Numbered from the whole stretch's first letter, positions 1 to 12,654 are shown. The stretch is DNA of 55,238 nucleotides, filler included, from Sphacelaria rigidula (GCA_964200075.2; 4 parts of 4 records of this genome joined end to end with filler, not necessarily neighbours in it), one strand, 5' to 3'. Notes: generated by a model from the letters alone, not told the origin. A program made the numbers and translations.

Positions 1-149
1 TACCGAACATCCACACCAACATCCTTGGGGGGACGCCCCACTCTCCTTTTTCGACGACCCCCCCCCCCCCCCCCCCCTCGCCCGTCCCCCCGCCCTTGCT
101 ATTTCCCCGCGCGTGCACCAAATCCCGCCATGTATTGTTGTGTCGGCAG

Positions 150-3100
150 CATTCGCACCGCCCGTGCACTATCTGTCCACGTACAACCGCGCTCAGATGC
201 AGGACGTGTTTCTGGGAAAGGGTACGTGGGCTGTGCTGTGTAGCGGTGGTGACAGCGGGGAACACACGGCAGTTTCGAAGCGATTCGACACCGCGGCGAG
301 AGCTTTGAAAGGATCCGTGAAGTTTGGGGTGGTGGATTGCACAGGATCTTTGCCCTCTGGCAAGAGCGTACTGCAGAAGTTCGACCTCGCGGTGTGTTTT
401 AATCATGGAAGTAGGAAGTGGATAGTACACGCAAGTAGCCACGCCTTTGTCTTCCTCCAGTCGTCCGGTATATGGTGCTGCTTTTGTTCGACGTGGAGCA
501 TGGGTTCCGATGCCGTGTCTTCTTCCACAAACAGCCCTCGAGATAGTTTTTCATCATCCCACCACCGTAACGCATCTCGCCAGCGAATCACGGATAATCT
601 AACAAGCCCCATCCCCACCCTCCCTCGCGCCCCTCCCCCACCCATGTTAAATTTTGACCGGGAACTGAGCGTGCAGTGCCATAACCGCCGTATATACATA
701 GAGAGAGAGAACACTTTCGGGTTGAGTTTCCTACCATGGTCAATTCGTTTCATCGACCATCGTTGTATGTGGTCGACGTGGTGCCAAATACGCTCTTTTG
801 AAAAATCAAATATTTTCAGCAAGAGGTGCAGCCTGTGCTGTTCGTGACGGGGCCGGGAATGAAATCCGTACAAGCCCCTTCTCGAAACATGGAAACGCAC
901 GGGGCGCTCCAAAAGTGGATCCAGGGCACCGCAGAGCCGGGAGCTTCCGCTGTGACGTCGACGAGAGAGCTGGAGAGTAAATGCCTGAAGAAGAGCAGAT
1001 GCGCGCTCATTATGAAGGCGGGACCGCTCGAGGTATGAAGGCGGGAGGGGTGGGAGGGGATCAATAACATTTCAGGGACTTTTTGAAGTCAACTCATAAT
1101 TGTAAGCTGGGGCATTCTTCACGTCACCTACGCCAATAATGGCCTTTCGGATCTACGTTCAATTTCCTACTGGTCCAACACCTTACAATGTACGTACCCC
1201 AAAGAGGGCAAGCTTGAACGTATGGGCGGGCGTGGGGAGGAGATGGGGTAGGTACTTGCACATGACTGTGCGTCCTCGAGAGGTAGAAATATTTGCTCCA
1301 CACACTTTTTCGCTGTCAGGGTTCCTTCTTTGAAGCACTTGGCTCTGAAGAGAGCTAGGGGGGGGGGTTAAACTGCTTTGTGGTGAGTGTGTCGAAGATA
1401 TACGTGTGTAGGGCCTGCGGCGCCGAGAAAGAGCGTGTGGTTGCCAACAAGAACACATGCTACCGAGGGCCTGATGTGTCTCTCTCTTCAACTTGGAGAA
1501 ACAAACAAGAACATCCACAGTAGCTGTTCCATTTTGTGGTGGCAAGTTGCGCCGAAATTAATCAATGCGCCTTGTTTTTTTTTTGTCGCAGGACCGAGCT
1601 AAAGATGCGTTCAAGGATCTGATGATGCGACACCGCAATCTGCGCTTCGTTAGCGTTGATGCGGCCAAGCTGGAGACGTCGGTTGAAAAAAAACTCGGGC
1701 TTGAACCTTTCGAGGGAGCTCACCAGCTCTTGTATTTCACACGCTACAACGTTGGGGACAAGCCGAAGGTACGTACGGTGCGAATTGAAAAGGCTTCTGA
1801 GAGATGGCGGAATGTAGCGACAGAAGCTGTAGTGTGAATCCTTGTTTGCCGTTGTCTTCCGGGCGATGGTTCTGGGCCGCGTTTTCGGGGAAAGTATTGT
1901 CCGTTCCTCCCGCTACACAGTCAAAATACAGCTCGATTTGAACAGATGTGTCTGGCCGAAAGGAAACGTGTGGCCAAATCCGTTTTTCAACGCCCGATGC
2001 GCCGTGTACGACGCAAACTGGAGCTCGGAAGGATATCAGGCCTAGGACGTCGGGGGTTGTGTGAAGGAGAGTTCGGAAGTTGTTCTCTGCTATGAACAGA
2101 GGGAGGTGTCACGGCAGTGAAGGATTAACCGTTCATCGCGAGCGCAGTGATGCCGCAGATGCCTGAGCCGTACGACCAAGGTGAAACATATGGCAAGACT
2201 CGTGTGGTCCGAACTCTGGAAGATGCTTGATGTATTCGAATAATATACTAGAGCGAGTGGTTTTGGTCACGAGTTAGTTGCGAAGGAGCGAACTTGACCC
2301 AAGCCAACTCTGGTGTTTTTATTTCACTCCCCTTACTTGTCACCCCGGTGGCTCAGTTGGTAACCTCGAAAGCTTCTGACGGTTCGGTCGTGGGTTCGAA
2401 TCTCGGAGCGATCTGGGACTTTTTTTCTCACACAGTGTCCCAACAGTGAAGAGCGACCACGTCGTGGGTACACAAAATTCGACTTCATGATCGACGAGGC
2501 AAAGGCACCGCTGAAACCCTCTCGCTACGAAAGAACAAAGGCGAGCACCACAAAAGGAATGTGGAGAACTGAAACAAACAAGGAGAAAAAACTCCTGTAT
2601 TAGCCTTCCTCCCGTGTGACCCCGGCTGATGAGCCCACATATACCGAAAGGTGTAGACCGGCGTCCAGAATAGATAGGACGATAATACACTCCCCACCAA
2701 CCCACCCGATTCCTCCCACACGCATGCCCGCTGCGCCGCTTTCGGCCTCGTCGCGCCCCTGTCATCACTCTTGATAATGTACAGGTGGGCACAGCGAGGT
2801 GGGGAGTGCAGGTGTACGACGGCGACGTGGAACCAGACGCGATGTCAACGTTCATAGACGACGCGACGCAATCCGAAGACAAAGAACAGGAGGGGACAGC
2901 AACGACAAAGACGAAAATAAGCGGGGGGAAAAAAACGACGGAGAAAAATAGCAAGATCTTCCCGTTGACGCGCTTGCCCACGGTGATGACGCGGAAAGAG
3001 CCCAAGGTGAAGAAGCCACCTCCGCCTCCACCCCGACCAGACCCAGCGGCGGCAGGTACCGCCGCCGGCGGCGAGGGGGCGTCGGCGGCGGAAGATGGGG

Positions 3101-3884
3101 ATTTGGGGCAATACTCGGGGATGGACAAGGAGAAGTTGTTGGAGCAGTTCCGAGCAAAGCAAGCCGAGAGGGAGGCGGCACGGCGAAAAGCTATGGATAC
3201 AGAGGTGTGAGAGGGGGTGTTGTGTACTCGGAGGGGATATGAGGGTGGGAGGGCGGCGAGCGGGGAAGTGAGGAGGTGGGGCTCTTTGCGCTGATGCAGA
3301 GCTTTTTTTTTTTTTTGTAACTCGGCAGTTGTGTCTTTGCGAACCTGAGTAGCAGAAGCAGCAGCAACGGCCGTCCGAGAGATGGAATGGTAGCGTTGAG
3401 TGAGCCTTCTTTCTTTGTGCTGATCATTTTCTCCCCACTGGATGAAGCAATTTCGACACCCCGCATCGAGGCGGAGTTCATGATAGCGGCACTCAATGGG
3501 GCAGCGGTGGTATGTCGAGGGTGTTGAGTGATGCAGCCATTCGGTGAACGTCTGGTATAGAAGGGATGCTTTCACAGAGTTGCGAGTACTGCTGCGGTAC
3601 TTCAGCGTGCGGTTTTCACCCTAATAGTTGAGTCCAGGAAACAGTACCTCCTTCCACGCTCACTCAATACGTGCTGTCGTCGTCTTTCGCCGCGTGCTTT
3701 GTTCGATATACAGGCCGACAACTACCTGTTTGAAGCGGTAGATGAAGGAAAGGAAGGGGTTGCGGGTGGCGGGGAGGGGGCTGGCTTGGAGTGGGGTTCG
3801 GGTTCGGACAGGGCGGGAGATAGCGAAGGTGATGGGGAGGAGGAAGACGACTTCGAAGACATCGTTGATTTAGACGAAATTTGA
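150..3884 (+). CDS. Thioredoxin-fold/PDI-like protein without a visible CXXC; 5'-incomplete; exons 150-391, 820-1032, 1592-1768, 2785-3204, 3714-3884
   Basis: Five exons with AG/GT boundaries and consistent phases give ~406 aa ending in TGA at 3884. Thioredoxin-like strands: 'AARALKGSVKFGVVDC', 'PVLFVTG', 'NLRFVSVDA'. C-terminus is Pro-rich, then coiled-coil-like (EQFRAKQAEREAARRK), then acidic. The first visible exon starts in phase 1, so the start codon lies upstream of the window. Confidence 0.7.
2338..2690 (+). mobile_element. tRNA-derived SINE, copy 1 (intron of gene 1)
   Basis: A box TGGCTCAGTTGG, B box GGTTCGAATCT, CTTCTGA anticodon-like loop, ~270-nt body shared with three other copies, ACAC-type tail. 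Confidence 0.85.
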
Positions 3885-4252
3885 GGATGGAAGACTCTTC
3901 CAAGAATGCTGTGTATGTTTTCCTTGTATTTCTGTTGTTTTTTGCGATCAAGTTTGGAGAGGGGCGGTGGAGGAGAGGACATTTTGAGTCCGTTCGTGTG
4001 TTTCTGGGCTGGGCCGTACAAGGAGCGGCTTGTCAACCATGATGGCTTTCCCATTTTTAGCATTTACATGAAGTTGGCCAGCCGGTGCGATGTGCGTGTC
4101 ATCAGTAGTCCGCGGTACATGATGCCCAAGCGACTGGGCTGGCAAAACTCACGGCATGTATGTGTCCTTGACCCCCGCCCTCGAGCTCGGCGGGAAAACG
4201 CACCATTCGATTTGCAGCAAGATGCCAAACGGTCCGGGTATGCGCCTACTCG

Positions 4253-7200
4253 CTACACACACGGTTTTTCCTCCGCCATACCCGCGGAAGCAGCGCCAGA
4301 CGATGCAACCAACAGACCTCCCTGTCCGGCCACATCCTGAGGGGTCTGCCCGTTCTTGTTGCGGTGCTCGAAGTCGCCCCCGCCTCGCGCCAGGGCCGCG
4401 GCGATCGCCGCGTGCGCATAGGCAAAGGCGAAGTGCATCGGAGTGTTTCCGCTCGAATCCGTAGCGGTGGGGTCAGCCCCTTCTTGGAGGAACATCGTCA
4501 CGACCTCAAGGCTGCCCGAACCCGCCGCTAGAGCTAGCGGTGTCCTGCATTGCGCATCCTCCAAGTTCACATTTGCGCCACTGGTCAGCAGTGCACAGCA
4601 GGCAGCAAGGTAGTGGTTTTCTCTGCCGCCTCCTCCTGTACCAGATTTGGCGTTTCCCCCGATGGTTGCTCGTGAAATTTTGGCGTCATTTCTTCTTGCA
4701 GTACGCTTGCCTGAGCATACGAGGTAAAGCACGGTTGACCGGGGGAGCGGGAGGGTGGGGGAGGGATCCGTACGACCAGTGTATGGGTTTGAGACGTATC
4801 AACCGCTGAATTCTCACTTTCACTCAAGTATTAGCCGCAGACAAGCTTGTCGAGGCGTGATGAGCTGTGTAGGGAAGAAGTGCCTGTTCATTGATCGTCG
4901 CATTGAGAAAAGGAAATCGGGGATCCTTCAAGTGTGAAGCCGGTTTAACTGGGGAAGGAGGAGGGTATCCCTCAGAAACCAAAACGTTGACAGCCTTTCC
5001 AGCTGGTTTTTCAGCTTTTTGCGCGCTCATGGCCTGAGAGGCGCGTAAATGCTGTTGCTGCTGTTCTCATGCCTGAGCGCTAACCTGCCCAAAAAATTGA
5101 GTTGGAAATGTTGCGTTGCTTTCGCGAAGCCCTTAGCCCCAAAGAAATCATGTTGTCGGTTGCTTGATTTACTGGATAGGATTACCAGCCTTCAGCGCTT
5201 CGTTTGTATGGTTTTCTCGAGATCACCACTTCGCAACCTTGAGCATCCTGATTCCTCAGTGAAGAGCATGCTTGAAAAGATATCTCCAAAAATGTTTTCG
5301 TGAGATCGAGAGTTGAGGATACGATTGAGAGTGCAAAGCAGTCAATTTGTGAAAAAATAATTTCGGTTCCCCTCCACCACGAGGCCCGATATGCTTTCTG
5401 TAGTAGCCTGCCACGGAGGCCCCTGCTATCCCTGAGCAGGATATCGACGTGTAGCTTTAAGAACACGCGGAATGAAAAATTGGCTGAGTTACAGCGAACG
5501 ATCAAAGCTACTCTCTCCATCAGCGCTCTGCTCTAGATCTCACGAGACCGTTGCTCCCTGCCGTCAGTTGAAACGGCTTATTACGTGATATTTACAGTTT
5601 CTAGCAAGGTCGTTTTTATGATGTCGACGTCGGATACCTGACAATTTCCTGAACGTCGAGCGAGATTGAATAGAAACTAACTGCATGAGTGATGCTACGG
5701 TAGGGGTACACAAATATTTTCTGAGGTTATAATTGCTAGGAGCCCTTTTAATCTCATCCAAAACACGACTCATGAAAATATGTGAAAGTATGCCAGGAGT
5801 ACTATTCCAATGTGATGGGGATATCCCGTACGAATTCGCAAACGGGGATGCCCTGACCCATACTCTTATGCGTTTGGAATCGTTAGGAGCCCCTGAATCA
5901 GACAAAATTTCGCGAAAAGAGTGCACCCCCACCGTAGCATTGCTCGCATGCTACTTCGCGCAGGGTGGTTTTTAATTCGTTCTCATAATCATCATATATA
6001 TATATATATATACTTCTGTCTCTCATAAGTCTGGGAAGTTATCTTTGTACGACCCCTTGACGGTGTCGGATTTGATTTTCGACTTTTTTGTTGCATTCGT
6101 TGGCGTATTTTTAGCTACGAACAGCACTTTTCTTACAACGTGGGTGCTCGACGCGTGCAGTCTCGCGGTCGTCGAGAAAAATTGGGTCAGCCAAAAAACG
6201 GCATTTTTTCGCTCTTTTTCCCAGTAAGCATGGGGGATCCGGGAACACGAAAAGTCGCGATAAACCGTGAAAAAAAAACTTGAAAATCGCACAAGGACCA
6301 TTGATTTGTGATATCTCCGTGACGTTACCCTACGCACATCCCATCACACATATTTTCAGCATATCATCGCTAGTGTGTTGGACGTAAAAACGTCCAAAAT
6401 TGGTCTATATTAGGGTATATGTGGACAAAAATGGGCCAAAGTGGGCATATTTTGACGTCATTTTAATATGGACAACTAACGGGTTTTTTATTTTATTTTT
6501 TGCATCAACTCCGTTGGCGCTTCACCTTTCCAGAGAAACCAACGATAGGATGATCGGAAGAGTTTGAATGCGCAAACGATTCAAAGCCCATAACTCCCCA
6601 GACTTATGAGACAGAGGAAGTATATATATATATATATATATATATGCTCTGTGTTCTCATGACCGAGTCATGCTATATACGGCAGGATTGCACAGTTAGT
6701 TGGTTCCATACCTTTCTCGCCTTGTTGTTTATTCTGGATATTCCTATTCCATTGGAGTGCTAATGGTGGCTTGCTCTCATTTATTTCAAAGATCACTTTT
6801 TGAGCAATGCTACGGAAGTGTGTGTGTGTTGTCGTCCCATTATTCTGGGCACCAGACTACACCTTTCGGTATATGTGGGCGCATCAGCCGGGGTCACACA
6901 GAATGAAGGTCAACACAGGAGCTTTTTCTTTTTCATTTGTTTATAATACCCCACCTTCCTTCTGCGGTGCTTACCTTTATTTTTTTATCGCGAGAGGGGT
7001 TCGGCGGTCCCTTTCCTTCGTCGACCGTTAAGTCGATTTTTTGGGTACCCACGACATAGTCGCTCTCCACTGTTGGGTATGGGGTGAGAAAAGATTCCAG
7101 ATCGCTCCGGGAATCACACCCCTCTACTCAACCATCAGAAGGTTACGAGGTTACCAACTGAGCCACCGGGGCGACCATGGTAGGGGTGCACTTTTTGCGC

Positions 7201-10200
7201 GAATCGTGTCCGGTTCAGGGGCTCCCAACGATTCTAGATGCACAAGAACACCGGTCAGGGCATCCCCGTTTGCAAATTCATTCGGGATATCCCCAGCACA
7301 TTGGAATAGTAGTCCTGGCGTATACTCTCACATATTCTCAAAACTTGTGTTTTGGATGAGATAATGAACTCCCGACAATTCTAACGCCAGAAAATATTTG
7401 TCCACCCCTATCGTGGCATCAATCTTTTGGAGGAGATAAAGGGCTCTCCTGGCGATTCGAACCTCATGAAATATCTGTGCACCCCTATCCTATCGTAGCG
7501 CCCAATCGACCCCAGCACAACGCTGCTGAAACCACCCGCCACGCTGTGACACGCGCGACTCAGACACAATACCTCTTGAGCCCACCCCATCGTGTCGACC
7601 GTTCGCGGCTGATGTCCAGTCACGAGCAAGACGGGCGTAGAACGAGGAGTGAAGACCACTGCTACCACAGACGACACCTGGTGACCCACAGCACCCAGAC
7701 CGCGCGGAAGGTGTGCGCGGGGGGCTGAAATCCACCCCCTTCGACGTTGCCGCTAGGCCTGCCACGCAGGCGTGCAGAGGCGTGAACTCGAATATTAGAG
7801 ACTTGGAATTGACCCCGGCGGGGTGTGTCCGTAGTGTTTCACCGGTGGCGATAGCGTTGCTATGATGACGGTAGCTTTCAAGGCAAGAACTTGCGACTAG
7901 CTTGGCCTGGCCTCTCGCTGCATTTTCCCAGAGACTGGAGAGAGCGGAGCGAACAGAGGATGTCCTTTCGACAATCGACGGAAATAGGGATGGAGGTGGG
8001 GGGGGGGGGGGGGCGAGGGGGAGGTGAGGGAAATATAAGGGGGGGGAGGGGGGCGCGAACGTATACACCATCAAAAAAAAATAANNNNNNNNNNGGGGGA
8101 GCGACCAGATTTGGGAGTTCGGTCGAGAGAGAGGGAGAGGGGGGGGGGGGGGGGGGGGGGGGGGTGGCAAGAGTGATACGTGAGGTAAGTATCAGGGCGG
8201 CAAGTGGCCCGAACATGTACGCTCTCAAAAACAAATTACAAGAAAACTGATGGTACTGCATGCTCGCAAGCAGACGATTTCCTGATGTTATTCCTGAGTA
8301 CGGCCCATTATCATCGACACTGTTTTTCGGAGATCGCCAAAATTGTCGGGATCGGCAACAAGGTACCTGATGATTATCGAATGCTTTTGCGAGTGCCACA
8401 GCGTTTCCACACGACAGCTCTCTGGAGTGCTGTGTTGAAGTCCGAATTTTTCGGACTTGTCCGAAAATGAAGCTTCGAAAGACAATCAAGGTGCTTCGTT
8501 CTCGGAGACGTCTGAACGCAGAGGCCGAATACCCTTGAAAATTATGAGATCTCTGAAAAAAATAGTGGTGATGATGATGGGCTTAACTTTTAATAATGAC
8601 AAAGATACATCATCTACAACACAACAAGGCAAGAGGGAACGAGGGGGTACTTGTTTGGCGATGAGGAAAATTGAAAGTTCAGTACTTACTGAAGGGCACT
8701 TTTGAGCATCCGACATGTTCCCTAGCAAACTGCTCTAAGCTGCCGCCTGCCTGGAAGACGCGTGGATCCAGGGAACGCCACGAGTGGACACCCTTGTTCA
8801 AACACGACTGTGCGTTGGACTGCAGTAGAATCGTACACATGGATTCTTCGGGTTCGTTTCGCAGGATCATATATTATTTTTTGCTGCTTGCTCCAGGACC
8901 AGAGTAAGGTGCACCAAGGGAAGGAAGGAAGGATATCTCCGACCAGCATACTACGATGCCAAGAAAAGAGTTGTGAATGAAGAATAATACCTCTTTCCTT
9001 AGGTACGAAAAAATACCTGACACCGTAGCGCACTTCCGATCAACCCAGCACCGGGGCGTAAAGATTTGTAGAGACTGAGGGGGGTATTCACAGAACGGTG
9101 CACAAGATACACGCACTCCCCGGAATACCGACCAACACAGAGTCAGGATCGTGGATTCAGGGGAACACAAGGCTAGATCCCCACACATCACGATCGTCTG
9201 GTAGTCTCTTCACACGTCTCTCAAGACTACATGCTGCACGTACCTTGCCAAGTCCATCGGAGTTGCCCCGGAGGTCGTCTTCTGCCTGCTCAGGATGGCC
9301 GCGTCAGCATCCCAGTACGCCAATAGACGGGCCGTATCTACGTGCCCACCCGCTGCCGCGTAGTGCATGGCATTCCACTGTCGTGGCGTAGCGGGGTGGA
9401 TCTCCGCGCCAGCGGTTAGAAGTGCGCGAAGGGCGACGTGATGACCTGCCTGCGCAGCAGTGTGTACTGGGCGCAATCCGTCTTCGTCTTCCGCTTCTAG
9501 GTCTGCGCCGTGGCTCACGAGCAAGGGGATCAGGTCGCTCTGGATGTGGTCGCGTGAGATGCGAGCAGCGTTTGACAGAAACAGCCGGCGTTCGTGCTCG
9601 TTGGGATGGAAACAACGGGATGATGAATCATTATGTCAGTCAGCGTAGGTTAATCGAGAAACGTGCTTATTGAACACGGGATTTTACAAATTGGGGATGG
9701 AATTTTTATTGAGGATGAGAACCCGGAGAATTACAATCTTCGTATCCACACCAAATCTTCGAAATATAGGTCCACTCCTTCACCTACTGGTAGCTATTGA
9801 CAACTACTACACGCCATACAAATTGGGATCCTGATAGCCGACATGTTGGGTTCCTAGGCGAAGAAACAAATTTGGGGTTTAGATGAGCCGATCAGATTGC
9901 CGTAATTCCCCAAAATTGTTTCTTCACCTAGGACCTCAATATATTGGTCATCGAAATCCAAATTTGTGTGGCGTGTAGTAGTTATCAATAGCTACCAGCA
10001 AGTGAAGAAATGGAACCATATTCCGAATATTTGGTATGGATACAAAGATTTTTATTCTCCGGGTTTCTCATCCCCCAAAAGTATACATCCCCAATTCGTA
10101 AAGTCTCGTGTTATTGCGAAATATCGAGACAAGTAGAAATCGCACAATTTCAGTCAAAAATCTGAACGGTAAATGATACCCTACTGTTTTGGTCGTGTTG

Positions 10201-12362
10201 GTTCAAGTATACACCCCGAAATCGCTATGCTAAGATGAAAGCGCCACGCGGCACTGCTCATGTCTAAACGCGGAAGCCGGTGGATTCGGGGGGGGGGGGA
10301 CTCATCAACGGCAACCATGGTACACGCGATGAGGACACACGAGCATACATACATATATCGCTATCGGTGTTAATCAACCCTTCCTCGGCAAGCGTACGTG
10401 TATACACTTCTGAGCCCACTTTTGGTTCGTCCAATGAGGGCGGTCGCCCCGGTGGCTCCGTCGGTATCCTCGAAACCTTCTGACCGTTCGGTCGTGGGTT
10501 CAAATCTCGGAGCGATCTGGGATTCTTTCTCACACTATGCCCAAACAGTGGAGAGTGGAGAGCGACTGTGCCGTGGGTACGCAAAATTCGACTCAATGGT
10601 CGACGAGGGAAAGGGACTGCTGAACCCCTCTCGCGACAAAAAATGAAGGCAAGCACCGCAGAAGGCAGGTGGAGAACTTGAAAAATACAAGAGAGAAAAA
10701 AATCGTGTGCTGCCCTTCTTCCTGTGTGACACCGGCTAGTGCGCCCACATATTCCCAAAGGTGTGAACCGGTGCCCAAAATAGATGGGACGACAACACAC
10801 ACACTGAACAAAATCAATTTTCATAAGGCACCAAGTGGCACGATTAAATAGCATAGCAGTTGATTGCCAAATCAACATACTACATTTTCCACCCGCTTAC
10901 CCCGCCCGGGGCTCCAGCATGACCACTGACGGATGCCGCTGCAACGTGGAGTGGCGTTCTACTGGTGTTGGTCCTCAGATTGGGATTCGACTGAGACTCC
11001 AGCAAAGCGAGAGCACAGCGGTAGTGCTCGGGCGAGGCCTCTGCACAGCACGCGTGTAGTGCCGAACGTCCGCTAGCGTCAGGTTTTAGCGGTAGCATCC
11101 ATTGTTGCTCTTGCTTCTTTTTCGGGTGGGCAACAGAGGAAGGGTGGGAGCTGAACTCATTAACCCCTAATTTCCGGCAATCTTCTGCCGCGCTCGGCGA
11201 TCTGAAGCACGAAAAATCCCATGCGGGTCTTCCCGTTCTGCTCCCCCCGCCTGCCCGATCATTGACATTCGTGTCTTTGTGGTCTCGCGCGACAATATTT
11301 TTGAGGACCGTTGGTAATCCAACGGCCGCCGCGACATGTAAGCTTGACTTCATATCGGCGCGGTACTGGCCTTCGAGTGGCAAACTGCGTTCATTCTCGG
11401 CCAGAAAGGCCACCATTGACTCCATGTAGCGGCTCTCTCTGGCGCTATGACAGACACCGTCGCCGACATCAATATCATCGCCCTCGCTACCACGTGTTAG
11501 AACCCTATCGTCCTTCTTCCCGGCCTCCCTGGGCGCCGGCTCAGAGTCGCTACCTTTCAGCACGATAGTGACACCAGGTGTACTGTTCATTCTAGCTGTG
11601 TTGCGTTGCCGTCGACAGGACATCACGTTCTCCAAGGACGCTCTCACGGCGTCCGCTAGCACTCTCCTCGTCAGTGCATCCCGCGCAACAGAAAGCGCGG
11701 TCAGTGCGGTACCTTGCACGGTACAGGTGGGAGTCGCTCCGTGTTGGAAAAGAACCTTCAACGCGGATACTGCTCCGGTCGCTGATGCAACAAATATCGA
11801 CGATCGACCGAGCGCATCTTTAGAGTCTAGCGCCGCGAGTCTCGCCGCACGAATTCGCGGCACGTCGACGAAATACCGATCGCCGTCATCGCCGTCATCA
11901 TCTTCTTTTTTCTCGATCACTTGCTTGCCGGCAGCAATGGAGTGTCGTAGCTGTCGTCGCCTTCCGCTCAGTTGTCCAGGCGCACCTTCTGCTTCCCCGA
12001 GTTTATCCTCAGTCCGAACGAGAGATCTACCACGATTTCTTTCATGATTATTGGATGGTAACTCAAAACGGACACCCGCTTCCACCGCCGACCGGTCACT
12101 AGGTTTCCTGAGTCCTTCTCGGCTGAAAACGGCGTCCACCAGCAAACCGTACGAAAGAAAAACATCCACCTCGGTGCCTTCGCCGCAGCTCACCGTGTGC
12201 TTATCTTCCCACTGCTTTTCACGCCGTCGTCGACTCGAGCCCCTTCTCGTTCGGGCTGGGTAACGTCGAGCGACTTCGGACAAGGTTTGTCGGGTAACGG
12301 TCACGTGTAGATCACGTAGAGCTTCCCGAAATTCCTCCAAGGATAGGCTTCCTTCGTCACTT
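4253..12362 (-). CDS. EF-hand- and ankyrin-repeat protein; 5'-incomplete; exons 12362-10901, 9539-9244, 7964-7573, 4710-4253
   Basis: Canonical splice sites with matching phases give ~868 aa. Multiple ankyrin motifs: GRSALHACC, RTPLHVAA, GLRPVHTAA, WNAMHYAA, FTPLHAC, RTPLALAA, GNTPMHFA, GQTPQDVA. N-terminal EF-hand-like loop 'xSDEGSLSLEEFREAL'. The upstream exon was not found and may lie in the gap at 13737. Confidence 0.85.
5688..5945. mobile_element. MITE family A, copy 1
   Basis: Inverted repeats ATGCTACGGTAGGGGTACAC (5692) and GTGCACCCCCACCGTAGCAT (ends 5940). A homologous inverted copy lies at 6802-7423. Confidence 0.75.
6013..6620. mobile_element. Non-autonomous DNA transposon with ~30-bp TIRs inserted in a (TA)n tract
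   Basis: Termini CTTCTGTCTCTCATAAGTCTGGGAAGTTAT and ATAACTCCCCAGACTTATGAGACAGAGGAAG. (TA)n runs on both flanks (5994-6012, 6621-6645). Confidence 0.8.
6802..7423. mobile_element. MITE family A, copy 2 (inverted, split by SINE copy 2)
   Basis: Left end GAGCAATGCTACGG at 6802. Body 7177-7423 is reverse-complement homologous to 5688-5945. A further end-like segment TGCACCCCTATCCTATCGTAG lies at ~7478-7498. Confidence 0.7.
6818..7176 (-). mobile_element. tRNA-derived SINE, copy 2
   Basis: Minus strand starts GGTCGCCCCGGTGGCTCAGTTGGTAACC, has the same body as copy 1 and ends in a (CA)n tail. Confidence 0.85.
9673..10112. mobile_element. Fold-back MITE family B, copy 1
   Basis: Near-whole-length imperfect palindrome AACACGGGATTTTACAAATTGGGGATG...CATCCCCAATTCGTAAAGTCTCGTGTT, flanked by an ATTG direct repeat. 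Second copy at 19566-20031. Confidence 0.85.
10442..10804 (+). mobile_element. tRNA-derived SINE, copy 3
   Basis: GGTCGCCCCGGTGGCTCCGTCGG...GGTTCAAATCT head, shared body, (CA)n tail. Confidence 0.85.
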
Positions 12363-12654
12363 CTGTGCAACAGGTATTCATCGTGAATCGGGAGCGTGCA
12401 CGGGCTGTGGTGATATATGTGACGCATCGTGTACTCGTAAGAAACGCTCTTGAGGCCTTCGGTTTTCTCCTCTATTCTCGCGAAAGACGAAATGTTTACC
12501 GATGTGACGTCATCGACGCGGGTGATGACTCAAGTCGTGATGCCTTAGGTCATTGATTCCGCCGCCTGATGGTGACAGTATTGGATATTCCATAATCTTG
12601 TAGACAACACTCGTTCTACTTCGATGCCTTATCACAGTTAATGCTATTATTGAC

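Noticed and set aside
2338..2420. tRNA gene (A box, B box, TCT anticodon-like loop)
   Set aside because: No proper acceptor or anticodon stems. It is the head of a 4-copy SINE with a shared downstream body.
2611..2690. Hammerhead ribozyme-like CTGATGAG...GAAA in SINE copy 1
   Set aside because: The other copies read CTGATGCG, CTAGTGCG and CAGATGCG. The GAAA is a hairpin tetraloop, and no stem II/III or NUH site fits.
2340..3575. 411-aa minus-strand ORF
   Set aside because: Antisense shadow of exon 4 of gene 1 plus SINE sequence; no domain features.
5733..5975. 80-aa ORF as a transposase fragment
   Set aside because: It lies within a 250-bp MITE and has no recognisable DDE or HTH motif.
7965..8170. 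Poly-proline N-terminus of ORF 7490..8170
   Set aside because: It derives from intronic poly-G/C runs and spans an N gap. The real exon is 7964-7573.
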